A stretch of 64,000 nucleotides of DNA from Candidatus Multivorans sp. (GCA_965247095.1 OZ251997.1:3232001-3296000); one strand, 5' to 3'; shown: positions 50,033 to 63,756, counted from the stretch's first letter. The notes: generated by a model from the sequence alone, not told the origin. Program-made: numbers and translations.

Positions 50033-52066
50033 CCGGAACTTCACTTGGCTTGGAAGCACAAAACGGCTGTAATCACGGGGAAGATCTCCAGATTAGGGTG
50101 TCCGGTTGCTGTAAACACGTGTTTCGGGCGGGAGTGCGAGGAGTTCGAAGGCCTTGGCCTGTAGTCGCGTTGGCTCGGCGGTGACCATGAATCGGCTGTC
50201 GGGCTGACCTGGGAGCGTGACCTCGTTGAGGGTCAGGCTTCCGAGGTGGTTCAGCAGATCGGCCATGGCCTGGACGGGGAGGCCCTCGGGCGTGGCTTTG
50301 GATGCAGCCTTCCTCCTCGCGCTGTCGGATGGCCGGGCCTTTTCGACCGGGGTGCAGCGCTTGGCGCGTGCGCCCTCGGGGTCGTCGTCCTCGAAGAGGA
50401 GCGGCGCGAGCGCGCGGCGCATGTGCCATTCAAGGTACCAGGCGAGCATGCAGAGGAAGACATGGGCCCGTACCCGGTTTTCCGCGTAGACATGGATCGG
50501 ACGCACCTGGAGCCGACCGGTCTTGATCGCGCGGAAGGCGCGTTCGACGCGTGAGAGTGCCTTGTAGGCCTCGACCGTCCGCTCGGCGTCGATATCGGCG
50601 TCCGAGAGGCTGGTGCGGATGATGTAGACGCCGTCGAGCCGGGACTCGGCGTCGATCTTCTCCCGGTTGCGCTGCCAACTGATTCCGTCATCGCGCACCT
50701 CGATGTCGAAGTGCTTGCGCATCTTCCACCGGTTGGCCTGTTCGCCGACCGCGGCGTGGATGCGGTCGCGGTTGCTTGCCCCGGGCTGTCGCCTCCGCGC
50801 ACTTGTGGCGATCTCGGCGAGGGCGGCCTCGGTTGCCGCAAGCAGGTCCTCGCGCAGACGCGCCCGTTCCTCGCGCAGACGCGGGTTCAAGCAGACCATC
50901 AGGCGCTCGCCGGGGAAGTCCGGGCTGGTGATCTCGGCGACCTGATCGGCCGCGAGGTCCTCTGGACGAAGCGGCGGCCGGGCGTCCTCCCCGGGCTCTC
51001 GCGCGACGAGCAGCTTTCGGATCTCGGTGGTCTTCAGCGCCGAGATCCAGTCGAGCCCGGCGGGCTTGACGTCCTCACGGATGCGCGCGCTGGTGAGCAT
51101 GCCCCGATCCCCGACCAGTGCGATCCGCTCGATGCGAAAGCGCTTGCGGAGCTTGAGCACCTGAGAGCTCACCGTGGACGGGTCACTGACATTGCCCGAG
51201 AAGACTTCGACGGCCACCGGACACCCGTCGGCGCTGCAGAGAAGCCCGTAGGTGATCTGTTTCTTGCCTTTCTTCCCGTCCCGGTTGTGGCCGAAGGCGG
51301 CGAGCGGGCAGCACCTGCCCTCCACGAAGCTTGAGCTGACGTCGTAGAGGATCAGAGTCCCTCCGGCAAGATGCCGCCTCGCGAGACTGGCTTCGATGTG
51401 ACGCTGCCGACCGTGAAGCCAGTCGAGCATGGCGAGCATCTCGTTGCCGGTGACGTGCCCGAGCCCCAGGATGGCCCCGAGACTCGAGGCGGCCGTGTCT
51501 GGGGAGAGATGCCGTGCGGTGGAGAGCTTCGAGGCAGGGTCGATGATGCGGGCGACGACCGCGGCGAGGGCGAGCTTGCCGCAGCGTGTGCTCTTGCGGT
51601 CGAGGATGCGCGGGAGTCCGAGCTTTCGGGCGACGCCGAGGATGGCGGCGACGTGGCCGTGAAGGAGGGCCCTTCGGATGGAGACGGCCTGGTCGATGCC
51701 GGTGAAGACGGCGCCGCCCTTGAGGACGGCGCGGAAACCGTCGACGACGTGCGGCGGGAGCTTGGTCAGGTTTGCGACGGTCTTGTGTCGTACGCGCTTG
51801 CCTTCTCGCCAGGACTGCCGCAGAAGAGTCTGTGGCGAGCGGCCGTGGTTGGAGATGACGTCGATGCGGAAGGACACGTCGCTTCGTCGAGCATGTAAAC
51901 ACTCTGTGGAGAGATCATACAGGGAACAGATAGAGAAGTCTACATGTACACATCATCATGCGTGTAAACAAATATCCAGCACGCCGGCCCGCCCGGAGCG
52001 CCGGGAAATCAACTGCCGTCAGCGATCTACTGCCAAACGCCACCGAAATCGCCCGTGAAGTTCCGA
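50033..52066 (-). mobile_element. IS1634-family insertion sequence (different from the copy at 36110)
   Basis: TIRs CCGGAACTTCAC / GTGAAGTTCCGA, flanked by direct repeat CTAG (50029-50032 and 52067-52070). Confidence 0.9.
50093..51877 (-). CDS. IS1634-family DDE transposase
   Basis: YDVSS...EG, VGDRGM, VERAFR..K and RVRAHVFLCMLA motifs. Confidence 0.93.
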   Translation of the reverse strand: MSFRIDVISNHGRSPQTLLRQSWREGKRVRHKTVANLTKLPPHVVDGFRAVLKGGAVFTGIDQAVSIRRALLHGHVAAILGVARKLGLPRILDRKSTRCGKLALAAVVARIIDPASKLSTARHLSPDTAASSLGAILGLGHVTGNEMLAMLDWLHGRQRHIEASLARRHLAGGTLILYDVSSSFVEGRCCPLAAFGHNRDGKKGKKQITYGLLCSADGCPVAVEVFSGNVSDPSTVSSQVLKLRKRFRIERIALVGDRGMLTSARIREDVKPAGLDWISALKTTEIRKLLVAREPGEDARPPLRPEDLAADQVAEITSPDFPGERLMVCLNPRLREERARLREDLLAATEAALAEIATSARRRQPGASNRDRIHAAVGEQANRWKMRKHFDIEVRDDGISWQRNREKIDAESRLDGVYIIRTSLSDADIDAERTVEAYKALSRVERAFRAIKTGRLQVRPIHVYAENRVRAHVFLCMLAWYLEWHMRRALAPLLFEDDDPEGARAKRCTPVEKARPSDSARRKAASKATPEGLPVQAMADLLNHLGSLTLNEVTLPGQPDSRFMVTAEPTRLQAKAFELLALPPETRVYSNRTP

Positions 52067-52091
52067 CTAGAGCCCGCGCGGTCGCCATCAC

Positions 52092-52149
52092 CAGCGCACC
52101 GCCCTCCAGCCAGACAGGGGGCCTGTGAGGAGGCTCCCTGACTGGCGGG
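52092..52149 (-). repeat. Hairpin-plus-tail dispersed element, copy 2
   Basis: Reverse complement reads CCCGCCAGTC-AGGGAGCC...GGCCCCCT-GTCTGGCTGGAGGGCGGTGCGCTG. Confidence 0.8.
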
Positions 52150-52176
52150 TGCCGCCGGCGCGTCGGAGACTGGACA

Positions 52177-53379
52177 CTACGGAGTCGCGATGCGATCGCA
52201 GATGCGATCCAGCGCCGACTCGTCGAGGTAGGGGTGCATCGGCAGGCTGACCACTCGGTCGGCCAGGCTCTCGCTCACCGGCAGCGATCCCGGACCGCGG
52301 CCGTACCGCTCGTACGCCGGCTGCAGGTGCATCGGGAGTGGGTAGTAGACCGCGGTCGGAATGCCGGCCCGATCGAGATGACCGCGCAGCGCATCCCGGG
52401 TCCGCGCCGACGGCCTTCCGGCCGCGTCGTCCACCCGTAGCGTGTATTGGGCCCAACTCGACTCCACCTCGGCCCCGCACTCCGGCGCCGCCACGCGCCA
52501 GGGCGTGTGCATCGACGTCGACGCGGCGCCCAGCCTTTCGGTGTAGCCGGCCGCCACGGCGCGCCGGGCGGCGAGTTCCTGCTCGAAGATGGTCAGCTTG
52601 GCCAGCAGCACGGCAGCCTGCAGCGTGTCCAGCCGACCGTTCATCCCCAGGCGCACGATGTCGTAACGGTCCGCGCTCTGGCCATGCTCGCGAATCGAAC
52701 GCACCACCTCCACGGCGGCAGGTTCGGTGCAAAGGACCGCGCCGCCGTCGCCATAGCCGCCGAGCGGCTTGGCGGGATAGAAGCTGGTCGTCGTGACCGG
52801 CGCGAGCGATCCGACGGGCCGGCCTTCGAGACGCGCGCCGAAGCTCTGGGCGGCATCCGAGACGACCTTGAGCCCCCTTGCTGCCGCCCACTCCGCCAGC
52901 GGATGCTCAGCCACCGGCCGGCCGAACAGGTCGACGGTGATGACCGCTCTGGGAACGGCGCCTCCCGCGCGCTCCAGCGCGTCGAACTGGTGCCCGAGCG
53001 AATCGAGGTCGAGCAGAAAGTCATCCTCCCGCACGTCGACGAACACCGGGACGGCGCCTGCCAGCAGGACGACTTCCGCCGTCGCGGTGAACGTGAAGGA
53101 CGGAACGAACACCGCGTCCCGCCGACCTTCCGTGCGCCCTATGCCCAGCGCAAGCAGGGCGATCAACAGGGCGTCCGATCCGTTCGACACGGCAACCGCC
53201 GACGCGCCGCCCAGCCGGCCCAGTTCAGCCTCCAGTTCCTCGACTTCGGGGCCCATGACGTAGCGGCCGTGGTCGAGGACGGCAGCGATCCGCCGATCGA
53301 TCTCCGGGCGCAGCCGCCTCGACTGGGCAGCCAGGTCGACGAAGGGGATGCGCTTCCCCGGGTCCGCGCGCGTCGTCAT
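52177..53379 (-). CDS. DegT/DnrJ/EryC1/StrS sugar aminotransferase
   Basis: IPFVDL, GPEV, DAAQSFGA, SFYPAKPLGGYGDGGA and GMNGRLDTLQAA motifs. Confidence 0.92.
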   Translation of the reverse strand: MTTRADPGKRIPFVDLAAQSRRLRPEIDRRIAAVLDHGRYVMGPEVEELEAELGRLGGASAVAVSNGSDALLIALLALGIGRTEGRRDAVFVPSFTFTATAEVVLLAGAVPVFVDVREDDFLLDLDSLGHQFDALERAGGAVPRAVITVDLFGRPVAEHPLAEWAAARGLKVVSDAAQSFGARLEGRPVGSLAPVTTTSFYPAKPLGGYGDGGAVLCTEPAAVEVVRSIREHGQSADRYDIVRLGMNGRLDTLQAAVLLAKLTIFEQELAARRAVAAGYTERLGAASTSMHTPWRVAAPECGAEVESSWAQYTLRVDDAAGRPSARTRDALRGHLDRAGIPTAVYYPLPMHLQPAYERYGRGPGSLPVSESLADRVVSLPMHPYLDESALDRICDRIATP

Positions 53380-54509
53380 GGCCCGGAGTGTATTGGTCCG
53401 TGGGCCAGCGACCTGCCGAGCCCCTTGAAGGACTTGCCCAGCAGCGATGAAGTCGGCAGCTTGTGGATCTCGTCGAGCGGGAACCACTGGAGGTCGCCCC
53501 GGGCTGATCCGCCGCGCGGCGCCCCGGCTTCCGGGTCCTGCCGCTCCGGCCGCCAGCGGGCGAGCGCAACCCGCACGACGAAGTCCCGATAGGTGACCGT
53601 GTGCCGCACCGCGACATCCTCGTCGTCGCATTCCCAGGCGCCGCCGAACTCCACGCGGAGCAGCTCTGCCGCTTCGCTCGCGGACTCATCGCCCCTCCCG
53701 AGTTCGACCGTCGGCAGATGCCAGCGGCCGGCCAGCCAGTCCGCGTCGTGCGGGCGGCGGTGCAGCAGCAAGCCGCGACCACTCTCGACCATCGCCGTGA
53801 AGCAGTGAATCGTCTTTCGGGCTCGACGCGGGCTCGCGACGGGATACGCCCGGGGATCCAGCCCGCTCGTCTGGAAGGCCCTGCAGCCTCGAGCGAGCGG
53901 ACAGGGGCCACAGTCGGGGCGCCGGCGCCGGCAGACGAGCGAACCCACCTCCATCAAGGCCTGATTCGAGTCCCCCGGCCGGTTCGGGTCCAGGAGTCTC
54001 GCCGCGGTCGCCAGCAGGTTCCGTCGGGCTTCGGCCCGCTTGGGCGGCTGCGGGGAAGCCAGGAAACGGCTCAGCACGCGTTCGACGTTGCCGTCGAGCA
54101 CCGGCGCACATTCTCCGCCCAGGCGGCTGGCGAGCAGCGCCGAAGTGTAGGCGCCCGCCCCGGGCAGCTCGCTCCACTCCGCGGCGGTCCGGGGAAACTC
54201 GCCCCGTTCGGCCAGGATGCGGGCGGCCTGATGGAGGTTCCGGGCCCGGCGGTAGTACCCGAGGCCCGACCAGGCGGCCTCGACCTCCTCGACCCCGGCC
54301 GCGGCCAACGTCTCCAGGGTGGGGAACCTGCCTAGGAAGCCCGAATAGCGCGAGGCCACGACCTCGCTCCGGGTCTGCTGGAGCATGACTTCCGCAACCA
54401 GGATCTGGTAGGCATCCTCGGATCGGCGCCACGGCAATTCGCGGTGGCTACGGTCAAACCAGTCCAGTAGCCCGTCCCGAAGCTCCTCTGGTTGAAGTAA
54501 CTGCAACAT
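53376..54509 (-). CDS. mutY: A/G-specific adenine glycosylase MutY
   Basis: LPWR, EVMLQQT, WSGLGYYRRARNL, DGNV.RV and 4Fe-4S C-x6-C-x2-C-x5-C motifs. Confidence 0.94.
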   Translation of the reverse strand: MLQLLQPEELRDGLLDWFDRSHRELPWRRSEDAYQILVAEVMLQQTRSEVVASRYSGFLGRFPTLETLAAAGVEEVEAAWSGLGYYRRARNLHQAARILAERGEFPRTAAEWSELPGAGAYTSALLASRLGGECAPVLDGNVERVLSRFLASPQPPKRAEARRNLLATAARLLDPNRPGDSNQALMEVGSLVCRRRRPDCGPCPLARGCRAFQTSGLDPRAYPVASPRRARKTIHCFTAMVESGRGLLLHRRPHDADWLAGRWHLPTVELGRGDESASEAAELLRVEFGGAWECDDEDVAVRHTVTYRDFVVRVALARWRPERQDPEAGAPRGGSARGDLQWFPLDEIHKLPTSSLLGKSFKGLGRSLAHGPIHSGP

Positions 54510-54709
54510 GGGTCAGAACCTAGGCCGCCGGCGCCGACCGTCGGCGCGATCAGGCCTCAAGAAAAGATGAAGAAAGTGCCCACAAACCTCTTGTTCCCAC
54601 CAAGGCCCACTGCTATCCTGCCCATCTCGCGCAACGGAGACCGCCCGGCCTGAAACCACAGGACACCTGCTTGTCCGAGAACCGCCAGTTTCGGTGCCGG
54701 TCGTCCTGA

Positions 54710-54755
54710 GTTTTTCCACATTGTGCGGAAAAGCTGCGGAACATAGCTCTACAAA
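54710..54755. promoter_or_regulatory. Cluster of DnaA-box-like 9-mers upstream of dnaA
   Basis: TTTTCCACA (54712), TGCGGAAAA (54724) and TGCGGAACA (54736) resemble TTATCCACA or its complement. Confidence 0.6.
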
Positions 54756-54939
54756 GCGGCTTGTCCTTGGCACACGCCCAGGGCATCGGTCGTGACTGCG
54801 CGGTTGGTGTCGGGGGGACAGGTGCGTTTCTGGGAAGAGGAACGGAAAACTGAAGCAGAACGGGTGCCGGTCGCGCTCGAAGACGGGGGCGCGCCTTCCC
54901 TGACTGGGGACAGGAACGGCACTGAACGGACTGCGCGGC

Positions 54940-56274
54940 ATGCCTAGTTCCGTTTGGCCGACTCTACGCCGCCAGTTGCGCGCCGACCTGCCACCGGACG
55001 AATTCCGCACCTGGTTCTACCCGCTCAGTGTCGCCTCGGAAGACGCCGAGCAGTTGGTCCTCGAAGCGCCGAACTCCCGCTTCGTCGCGGCGCTGGAGGA
55101 AGGCTTCCGGCCCATCGTCGACTGGGCGATCGCGGATCTCAAGGGGCCGACCTTCCAGGTTCTCTTCAAGAGCAGCGATGCGATCAGACGGACCGCCCGG
55201 CCGGCGGCGACTTCCCGAAGGACACCGGTGGCTGTCGATGACGACGCGGCCGCCGGCAGCTCCCTCAACCCCCAGTATCGCTTCGACTCGTTCGTGATCG
55301 GCAACTCGAACCGCTTCGCCGCCGCCGCCTCCCAGGCAGTGGCCGAGAAGCCCGGAATCGCCTACAACCCGCTCTTCCTCTACGGCGGTGTGGGCTTGGG
55401 CAAGACCCACCTCCTGCACGCGATCGGGAACCGCCTTCGGGCTACCGCCCCGGGTACGCGCGTGGTCTATCTGGCCGCCGAAGACTTCGTCAACGACCTG
55501 ATCACCTCGATCCGGTTCGAGCGCATGCCCGCCTTCCGGGAGCGCTACCGGACGATCGACGTCCTCCTGGTCGACGACATCCAGTTTCTGGCCAGGAAGG
55601 AGCGATCGCAGGAGGAGTTCTTCCACACCTTCAACGTGCTCTATACACGGCAGAAGCAGATCATCGTCACCTCCGACGCGCAGCCGCGGGATCTGGCCGA
55701 GATGGAAGAGCGGCTACGGAGTCGTTTCGGCTCCGGTCTGCTCGCGGACATCCAGCCCCCGGACCTGGAAACCAAGGTCGCCATTCTCCAGCGCAAGGCC
55801 CGCCAACTCCAGGGCCTGGATCTCGACACCGATGTCGCCCTCTTCATCGCCCGGCAAGTGCACTCCAACGTGCGGGAACTCGAGGGGCTGCTCAACCGGG
55901 TTACCGCCTTCGCATCGCTCTCCGGCGCGCGTCTCGACCTGGACTTCGCCAAGGAGGCGCTGCGCGATGTTCTCCCTGAGCACGACCGTCCCGTGTTCCC
56001 GGCGCAGATCGTCAAGCTGGTTGCCCATCACTACGGGCTCAAGGTGCGCGAGATCAAGAGCAAGAGCAACTCGCGGCAGATCACCTATCCCCGGCAGATC
56101 GCTATGTACCTCTGCAAACGACTGACCGAGATGTCCTATCCGGAGATCGGCCGGTTGTTCAACGGCAAACACCACTCGACGGTCATGTACTCCGTCGAGC
56201 AGATCGAGCGGCGCCGCGGCGAGGACGAGCGTCTGGCCGCTCAACTGGAGCGCTTTACCCGTCAATTCAGTTGA
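54940..56274 (+). CDS. dnaA: Chromosomal replication initiator DnaA
   Basis: [45 protein letters not shown] and HSTV motifs. Confidence 0.98.
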   Translation: MPSSVWPTLRRQLRADLPPDEFRTWFYPLSVASEDAEQLVLEAPNSRFVAALEEGFRPIVDWAIADLKGPTFQVLFKSSDAIRRTARPAATSRRTPVAVDDDAAAGSSLNPQYRFDSFVIGNSNRFAAAASQAVAEKPGIAYNPLFLYGGVGLGKTHLLHAIGNRLRATAPGTRVVYLAAEDFVNDLITSIRFERMPAFRERYRTIDVLLVDDIQFLARKERSQEEFFHTFNVLYTRQKQIIVTSDAQPRDLAEMEERLRSRFGSGLLADIQPPDLETKVAILQRKARQLQGLDLDTDVALFIARQVHSNVRELEGLLNRVTAFASLSGARLDLDFAKEALRDVLPEHDRPVFPAQIVKLVAHHYGLKVREIKSKSNSRQITYPRQIAMYLCKRLTEMSYPEIGRLFNGKHHSTVMYSVEQIERRRGEDERLAAQLERFTRQFS

Positions 56275-56459
56275 ACCGAGCTTCAACTCTGTCGAACCTG
56301 TTGAACCTGTTGAACCGGGCTTCAACTCTGTTGAGCCCGGCGCGCGCGCCCGAAGACAAACCCCTGGCGCCACCTGGAAGACGAACATCCTGCGGAATCC
56401 CAGCGGATCGGCCCTGGAGCGAACAGTGTGGCAGCGGCGGATTGACCGAGCGCCCGTTT

Positions 56460-56660
56460 CGGCCATTCTGTGGACAGTATTCGAGGCTGCTGCGACCGCG
56501 GCGCAAAACTCCGCAGAATGCACAACGAGTCCACCGCTTCATCCACCACTTACTATCAGGGGTCATCGGCCATAAGTTACTCTATTAAAATGATTTACAT
56601 CGCACATGCACAGACGCGCCCGAAGCCTTCTACGACTACTTGGATGGTGTATATTGACTC
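56460..56660. other. Probable oriC unwinding region (dnaA-dnaN intergenic)
   Basis: Box-like TGTGGACAG and TCATCCACC, AT-rich CATAAGTTACTCTATTAAAATGATTTA, and trio-like CTACGACTACT after a GC-rich spacer. Confidence 0.65.
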
Positions 56661-56676
56661 CCTGAGGAGAGCGTAG

Positions 56677-57789
56677 ATGAAGACCACGGTTGAACGAAGA
56701 GAACTGCTAACCGAACTCGCGGCGATGCGCGGCATCGTGGAAAGCAGGTCGACGATTCCGGTCCTGTCCCACCTCCTGTTGCGGGTTCGTGAGAACCGGC
56801 TGGAACTGGCGGCGACCGATCTCGATGTTTCGCTCACGTCTTCGTGCGCGGCCGAGGAAGGGTCCAGCGAGCCGGGCGCCACAGCCGTTCAGGCGCGCAA
56901 ACTCCTGGAGATCGTCCGCGCCCTCGGTGACGGTCCGGTCGAGTTGTCGACCGGCGAGTCGAACTCGCTCCACATCGCTGCCGGCTCCTCGCGGTTCCGC
57001 ATCAACGGTCTCTCGGCCGAGGATTTTCCGACTCTGCCCGCGGTCGATCCCGACTCGGCCTCCGCATCCTTCGAGGTGCCGTTTGCCGACTTCAAGCGAA
57101 TGATCGGCAAGGTCATCTTCGCGGTCTCCGCCGAAGAGTCACGGTTCCAGTTGAACGGCGCGCTGCTCAAGCTCAAGGACGGCGCAGTCGAGTTGGTGGC
57201 CACGGACGGCCACCGCCTCGCCCTGATCCAGGTGGAGATGTCCGGCGTAGCCGAGGCGGACGGTGTGCTGGCGCCGCGCAAGGCGTTGTTGGAACTGATG
57301 CGCTTCGACAGTGACGAGAGCGTCACCTTCCGGCGCGGCGAGCATCATCTCGCCTTCGTGATAGGGCGTCGCGAGTTGACCTGCCGCATCCTGGAGGGCA
57401 CGTTCCCGGACTACGAGAAGGTCATCTCGAAGGACAACGACCAGAAGACCACCTTCGACCGCCAGGAGCTCTCCGAGGTCGTCCATCGCGTTTCTCTGCT
57501 GACCGGCGATCGGGCACCCATGGTGAGGTTCAAGTTCGACGCCCAGTCGCTGCTCGTGTCGTCGTCCAATCCAGATATGGGAGAGGCCGAAGAGAGCCTC
57601 GAATGCGACTATGAGGCGGAGAATCTGGAGATAGGCATGAACCCCGCCTACGTGCGGGACTTCCTGGGCGCGGTCGATACCGACCGGGTCGAGTTCGCGC
57701 TGAAGGACGAGAACAGCCAGTGCCTCGGACAACCGGTTGACGGCGCCGATTCGCGCTACCTGTGCGTGATCATGCCGATGCGGATCTAG
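56677..57789 (+). CDS. dnaN: DNA polymerase III beta clamp
   Basis: TIPVLS, ATDL, VATDGHRL, G.FPDY and VIMPMRI motifs. Confidence 0.97.
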   Translation: MKTTVERRELLTELAAMRGIVESRSTIPVLSHLLLRVRENRLELAATDLDVSLTSSCAAEEGSSEPGATAVQARKLLEIVRALGDGPVELSTGESNSLHIAAGSSRFRINGLSAEDFPTLPAVDPDSASASFEVPFADFKRMIGKVIFAVSAEESRFQLNGALLKLKDGAVELVATDGHRLALIQVEMSGVAEADGVLAPRKALLELMRFDSDESVTFRRGEHHLAFVIGRRELTCRILEGTFPDYEKVISKDNDQKTTFDRQELSEVVHRVSLLTGDRAPMVRFKFDAQSLLVSSSNPDMGEAEESLECDYEAENLEIGMNPAYVRDFLGAVDTDRVEFALKDENSQCLGQPVDGADSRYLCVIMPMRI

Positions 57790-57857
57790 CCGTCCTGAAC
57801 CGCTCCCCGACTTTTCCTGTAAACCTCCTGTTTTCAAATAGTTACAGGCTAAACTGA

Positions 57858-60386
<2,529 letters not shown>

Positions 60387-60396
60387 TCGACTTGAA

Positions 60397-63060
60397 GTGA
60401 CTAAGGGCGACCCCCCCATCGGGCCCCCGCCGGAATCGCCGCCAGGATCGCCGCCGGAGCGGTCCGCGCCGGGCCACGACACGGTGCCGGTCCAGCTCGA
60501 GCGCGAGATGCGCCGGAGCTACCTCGATTACGCGATGAGCGTGATCATCGGCCGCGCGCTGCCGGATGTCCGCGACGGCTTGAAGCCGGTTCATCGGCGC
60601 GTGCTCTTCGGCATGTGGGAGGCCGGCAACACAGCCGGGCGCGCGTACAAGAAGTCGGCGCGCATCGTCGGCGACGTGATGGGCAAATACCACCCTCACG
60701 GCGACGGCCCCATCTACGACACGGTGGTGCGGTTGGCGCAGGACTTCTCCATGCGCTACCCCCTGGTCGACGGCCAGGGCAACTTCGGGTCGATCGACGG
60801 CGACAACCCGGCGGCGATGCGCTACACGGAGGTGCGCTTAACGCGGATCGCCGAGGAGATGCTGCGCGAGGACATCAACAAGGACACCGTCGACTGGGTG
60901 CCGAACTACGACGGTTCGGAACAGGAGCCGTTGCCTCTCCCGGCGCGGATACCGAACCTGCTGGTCAACGGTTCGGCCGGCATCGCGGTCGGCATGGCCA
61001 CGAACATCCCGCCCCACAACCTCGGCGAAGCGATCGCGGCAGTCAAGCTGCTGATCGACCGTCCCCAGGCGTCACTGGACGAGCTGATCGAGCTCATCCC
61101 CGGGCCGGACTTCCCGACCGGAGGGTTCATCCACGGTCGCGCGGGCATCCGTAGCGCCTATGAGACGGGACGCGGTTCGATTCAGGTGCGCTCTCGCGCC
61201 GACATCGAGGACAGGGGTTCGGACCGGCAGTCGATCATCGTCACCGAGATTCCCTACCAGGTGAACAAAGCGCGGCTGATCGAACGGATCGCCGAACTGG
61301 TGCGTGAGAAGAAGCTCGAGGGCATCCGCGATCTGCGCGACGAGTCCGACCGCGACGGCATCCGCATCGTGATCGACCTGAAGCGGGGCGAGGTGGCCGA
61401 GGTCATCCTGAACACCCTCTACAAGATGACCAAGCTCCAGGTCAGCTACGGCATGAACATGCTGGCGATCGTCGACAACCAGCCTCAGGTCCTGAGCCTG
61501 CACGACCTGCTGCGCCACTTCCTGGACCATCGCCGCACGGTCGTCGTCCGGCGCTGCCGCTACGAGTTGGCCCGGGCGGAACAGCGGGCCCATGTGATCG
61601 AGGGTCTGCTCGTCGCTCTCGATCATCTGGACGAGGTGATCGCCGCGATCCGCGCCAGCCGCACGCCGCCGGAGGCCCGGGTGAGACTCACCCTGGACTT
61701 CGCCCTGACCGAGCCCCAGGCGCAGGCGATCCTCGACATGCGCCTGCAGCGATTGACCGGACTCGAGCGCGAGAAGATCCAGGAGGAGTACGCCGAGCTG
61801 ATCGCCGAGATCGGGCGGCTGCGCGCCATTCTGGGTTCGGACGCGCTGCTGCTGGCGGAAATCCGAGGTGAACTCGACGCGATCGAAAAGCGCTATAGCG
61901 ATCCGCGCCGCACCGAGATCCTGGCCCACTCCTCCGACATCACGATCGAGGACATGATCGCCGACGAGGACATGGTCATCACGGTGACGCGATCGGGCTA
62001 CGTCAAGCGCTCACCGCTCAGCTTGTACCGGGCCCAGCATCGCGGCGGCAAGGGCCGAACCGGCATGGCGACGAGGGATGGCGACTTCGTCGAGCAGCTC
62101 TACGTCGCATCCGCCCACAGCTATGTCCTAGTGTTCACCGACCGGGGCCACTGCTACTGGCTCAAGGTGCACCAGATCCCCCAGATGGGCCCGGCGGCGC
62201 GGGGCAAGGCGATCGTCAATCTGCTGCGGCTCGACAGCGGCGAGACGGTCGCCGCTACGGCCGCGGTGCGCGAGTTCCCGGAAGACCGCTTCCTGACCTT
62301 CGCCACCGAGGCCGGCGTGGTGAAGAAGACAGCTCTGTCCCACTACTCGCGCCCCCGCCCCAGTGGCATCATCGCGCTGAGGATCGACGAGTCCGACCGC
62401 CTCCTGACGGTCAAGGTCACCGACGGCGGCAGCGACCTGGTGCTGGCGACGCGGATGGGCTACTCGGTCCGGTTCCCCGAGAGCGACCTGCGCTCCTTGG
62501 GGCGGGCGACCCGGGGCGTGCGCGGGATCCGTCTGCGCCGCGGCGACCGGGTCGTCTCGATGGAGTGCCTGCAGGCGCCGGCGCCGGAGGCTGACGAACC
62601 CGGGTGGCGCGAACCCGGGTGGCGCGAATCCGCGCCACCCGCGAACCAGTCCGAGCGCTCGTCATCGAGCGCTCGGATGGAACCGCTGCCGCCGGAGACG
62701 ATGCTGCTTACGGTCAGCGAGAACGGCTTCGGCAAGCGCACCGCGCTCGGCGAGCACCGCCGCCAGTCGAGGGGAGGCCTCGGGATCATCAATCTCAAGG
62801 TCTCAGACAGGACCGGCGCCGTGGTCGGTGTCCGGGAGGTGACGGACGACACCGGCCTGATGCTGATCACTCACGAGGGGAAGATCATCCGCATCACCGC
62901 GGGCAGCGTGTCCCGGATCGGGCGCGCCACCCAAGGGGTCAAGGTCATGGACATGGGCGACGGGGACCGGATCGTCGCCCTGGCCCGGATCCCGGACCGC
63001 GGTGAGGAGGACGAAGAGGATGTCGACGCCGCGGCCGACGATGCTGAACCGATCAACTAG
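60397..63060 (+). CDS. gyrA: DNA gyrase subunit A
   Basis: [27 protein letters not shown] and GyrA-box QHRGGKG motifs. Confidence 0.97.
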   Translation: MTKGDPPIGPPPESPPGSPPERSAPGHDTVPVQLEREMRRSYLDYAMSVIIGRALPDVRDGLKPVHRRVLFGMWEAGNTAGRAYKKSARIVGDVMGKYHPHGDGPIYDTVVRLAQDFSMRYPLVDGQGNFGSIDGDNPAAMRYTEVRLTRIAEEMLREDINKDTVDWVPNYDGSEQEPLPLPARIPNLLVNGSAGIAVGMATNIPPHNLGEAIAAVKLLIDRPQASLDELIELIPGPDFPTGGFIHGRAGIRSAYETGRGSIQVRSRADIEDRGSDRQSIIVTEIPYQVNKARLIERIAELVREKKLEGIRDLRDESDRDGIRIVIDLKRGEVAEVILNTLYKMTKLQVSYGMNMLAIVDNQPQVLSLHDLLRHFLDHRRTVVVRRCRYELARAEQRAHVIEGLLVALDHLDEVIAAIRASRTPPEARVRLTLDFALTEPQAQAILDMRLQRLTGLEREKIQEEYAELIAEIGRLRAILGSDALLLAEIRGELDAIEKRYSDPRRTEILAHSSDITIEDMIADEDMVITVTRSGYVKRSPLSLYRAQHRGGKGRTGMATRDGDFVEQLYVASAHSYVLVFTDRGHCYWLKVHQIPQMGPAARGKAIVNLLRLDSGETVAATAAVREFPEDRFLTFATEAGVVKKTALSHYSRPRPSGIIALRIDESDRLLTVKVTDGGSDLVLATRMGYSVRFPESDLRSLGRATRGVRGIRLRRGDRVVSMECLQAPAPEADEPGWREPGWRESAPPANQSERSSSSARMEPLPPETMLLTVSENGFGKRTALGEHRRQSRGGLGIINLKVSDRTGAVVGVREVTDDTGLMLITHEGKIIRITAGSVSRIGRATQGVKVMDMGDGDRIVALARIPDRGEEDEEDVDAAADDAEPIN
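62596..62684 (+). repeat. Two-hairpin dispersed element, copy B, in frame within the gyrA CTD, with a 15-nt tandem duplication of its 5' end
   Basis: (GAACCCGGGTGGCGC)x2 then GAATCCGCGCCACCC-GCGAACCAG-TCCGAGCGCTCG-TCAT-CGAGCGCTCGGA. Confidence 0.85.
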
Positions 63061-63078
63061 CGCACAGGGAGCCGCGGC

Positions 63079-63738
63079 ATGAAGTTCTTTCTCGACACCG
63101 CCGACGTAGGAGAGATCGAGACCGGCCTGGAGTGGGGCATGGTCGACGGCGTGACCACGAACCCGAGCCTGATCGCCAAGCAGGGCAAGCCGTATCTGCC
63201 CACGGTCCGCGAGATCGCCGAACTGGTGCCCGGCCCGGTAAGCGGCGAGGTCCTCGCCACCGACCTCGAAGGCATGCTCGACCAGGGCCGCCGGCTCGCC
63301 GGACTTGCCGACAACGTGGTGGTCAAGGTGCCGCTCGGTCCACCCGGACTTACGGCGGTGCGCCGCCTGGCCGCCGAAGGCATCCGTTGCAACGTGACCC
63401 TGTGCTTCTCGCCGTCCCAGGCTCTGCTGGCGGCAAAGGCGGGGGCCGCCTTCATCTCACCCTTCATCGGCCGGCTCGACGACATCGCACAGGACGGCAT
63501 GGACCTGATTCGGCAGGTGATTTCGATTTACTCCCAGTACGACTTCGAGACCGAGGTTCTGGTCGCTTCCGCGCGCCATCCCGTCCACGTCGTGCTGTCG
63601 GCGGAGATGGGTGCGGATGTCATCACCCTGCCGTTCAAGACGTTGAGCCGGCTTTACCGTCACCCGTTGACGGATATCGGTCTTGGCCAGTTCCTCGCCG
63701 ACTGGGAGGCGACCGGCCGCAGCTTCGACGACGAATGA
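63079..63738 (+). CDS. tal: Transaldolase / fructose-6-phosphate aldolase family protein
   Basis: [27 protein letters not shown] and SPFIGRLDD motifs. Confidence 0.9.
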   Translation: MKFFLDTADVGEIETGLEWGMVDGVTTNPSLIAKQGKPYLPTVREIAELVPGPVSGEVLATDLEGMLDQGRRLAGLADNVVVKVPLGPPGLTAVRRLAAEGIRCNVTLCFSPSQALLAAKAGAAFISPFIGRLDDIAQDGMDLIRQVISIYSQYDFETEVLVASARHPVHVVLSAEMGADVITLPFKTLSRLYRHPLTDIGLGQFLADWEATGRSFDDE

Positions 63739-63756
63739 GCCGGAGGGAGAGTTGAT

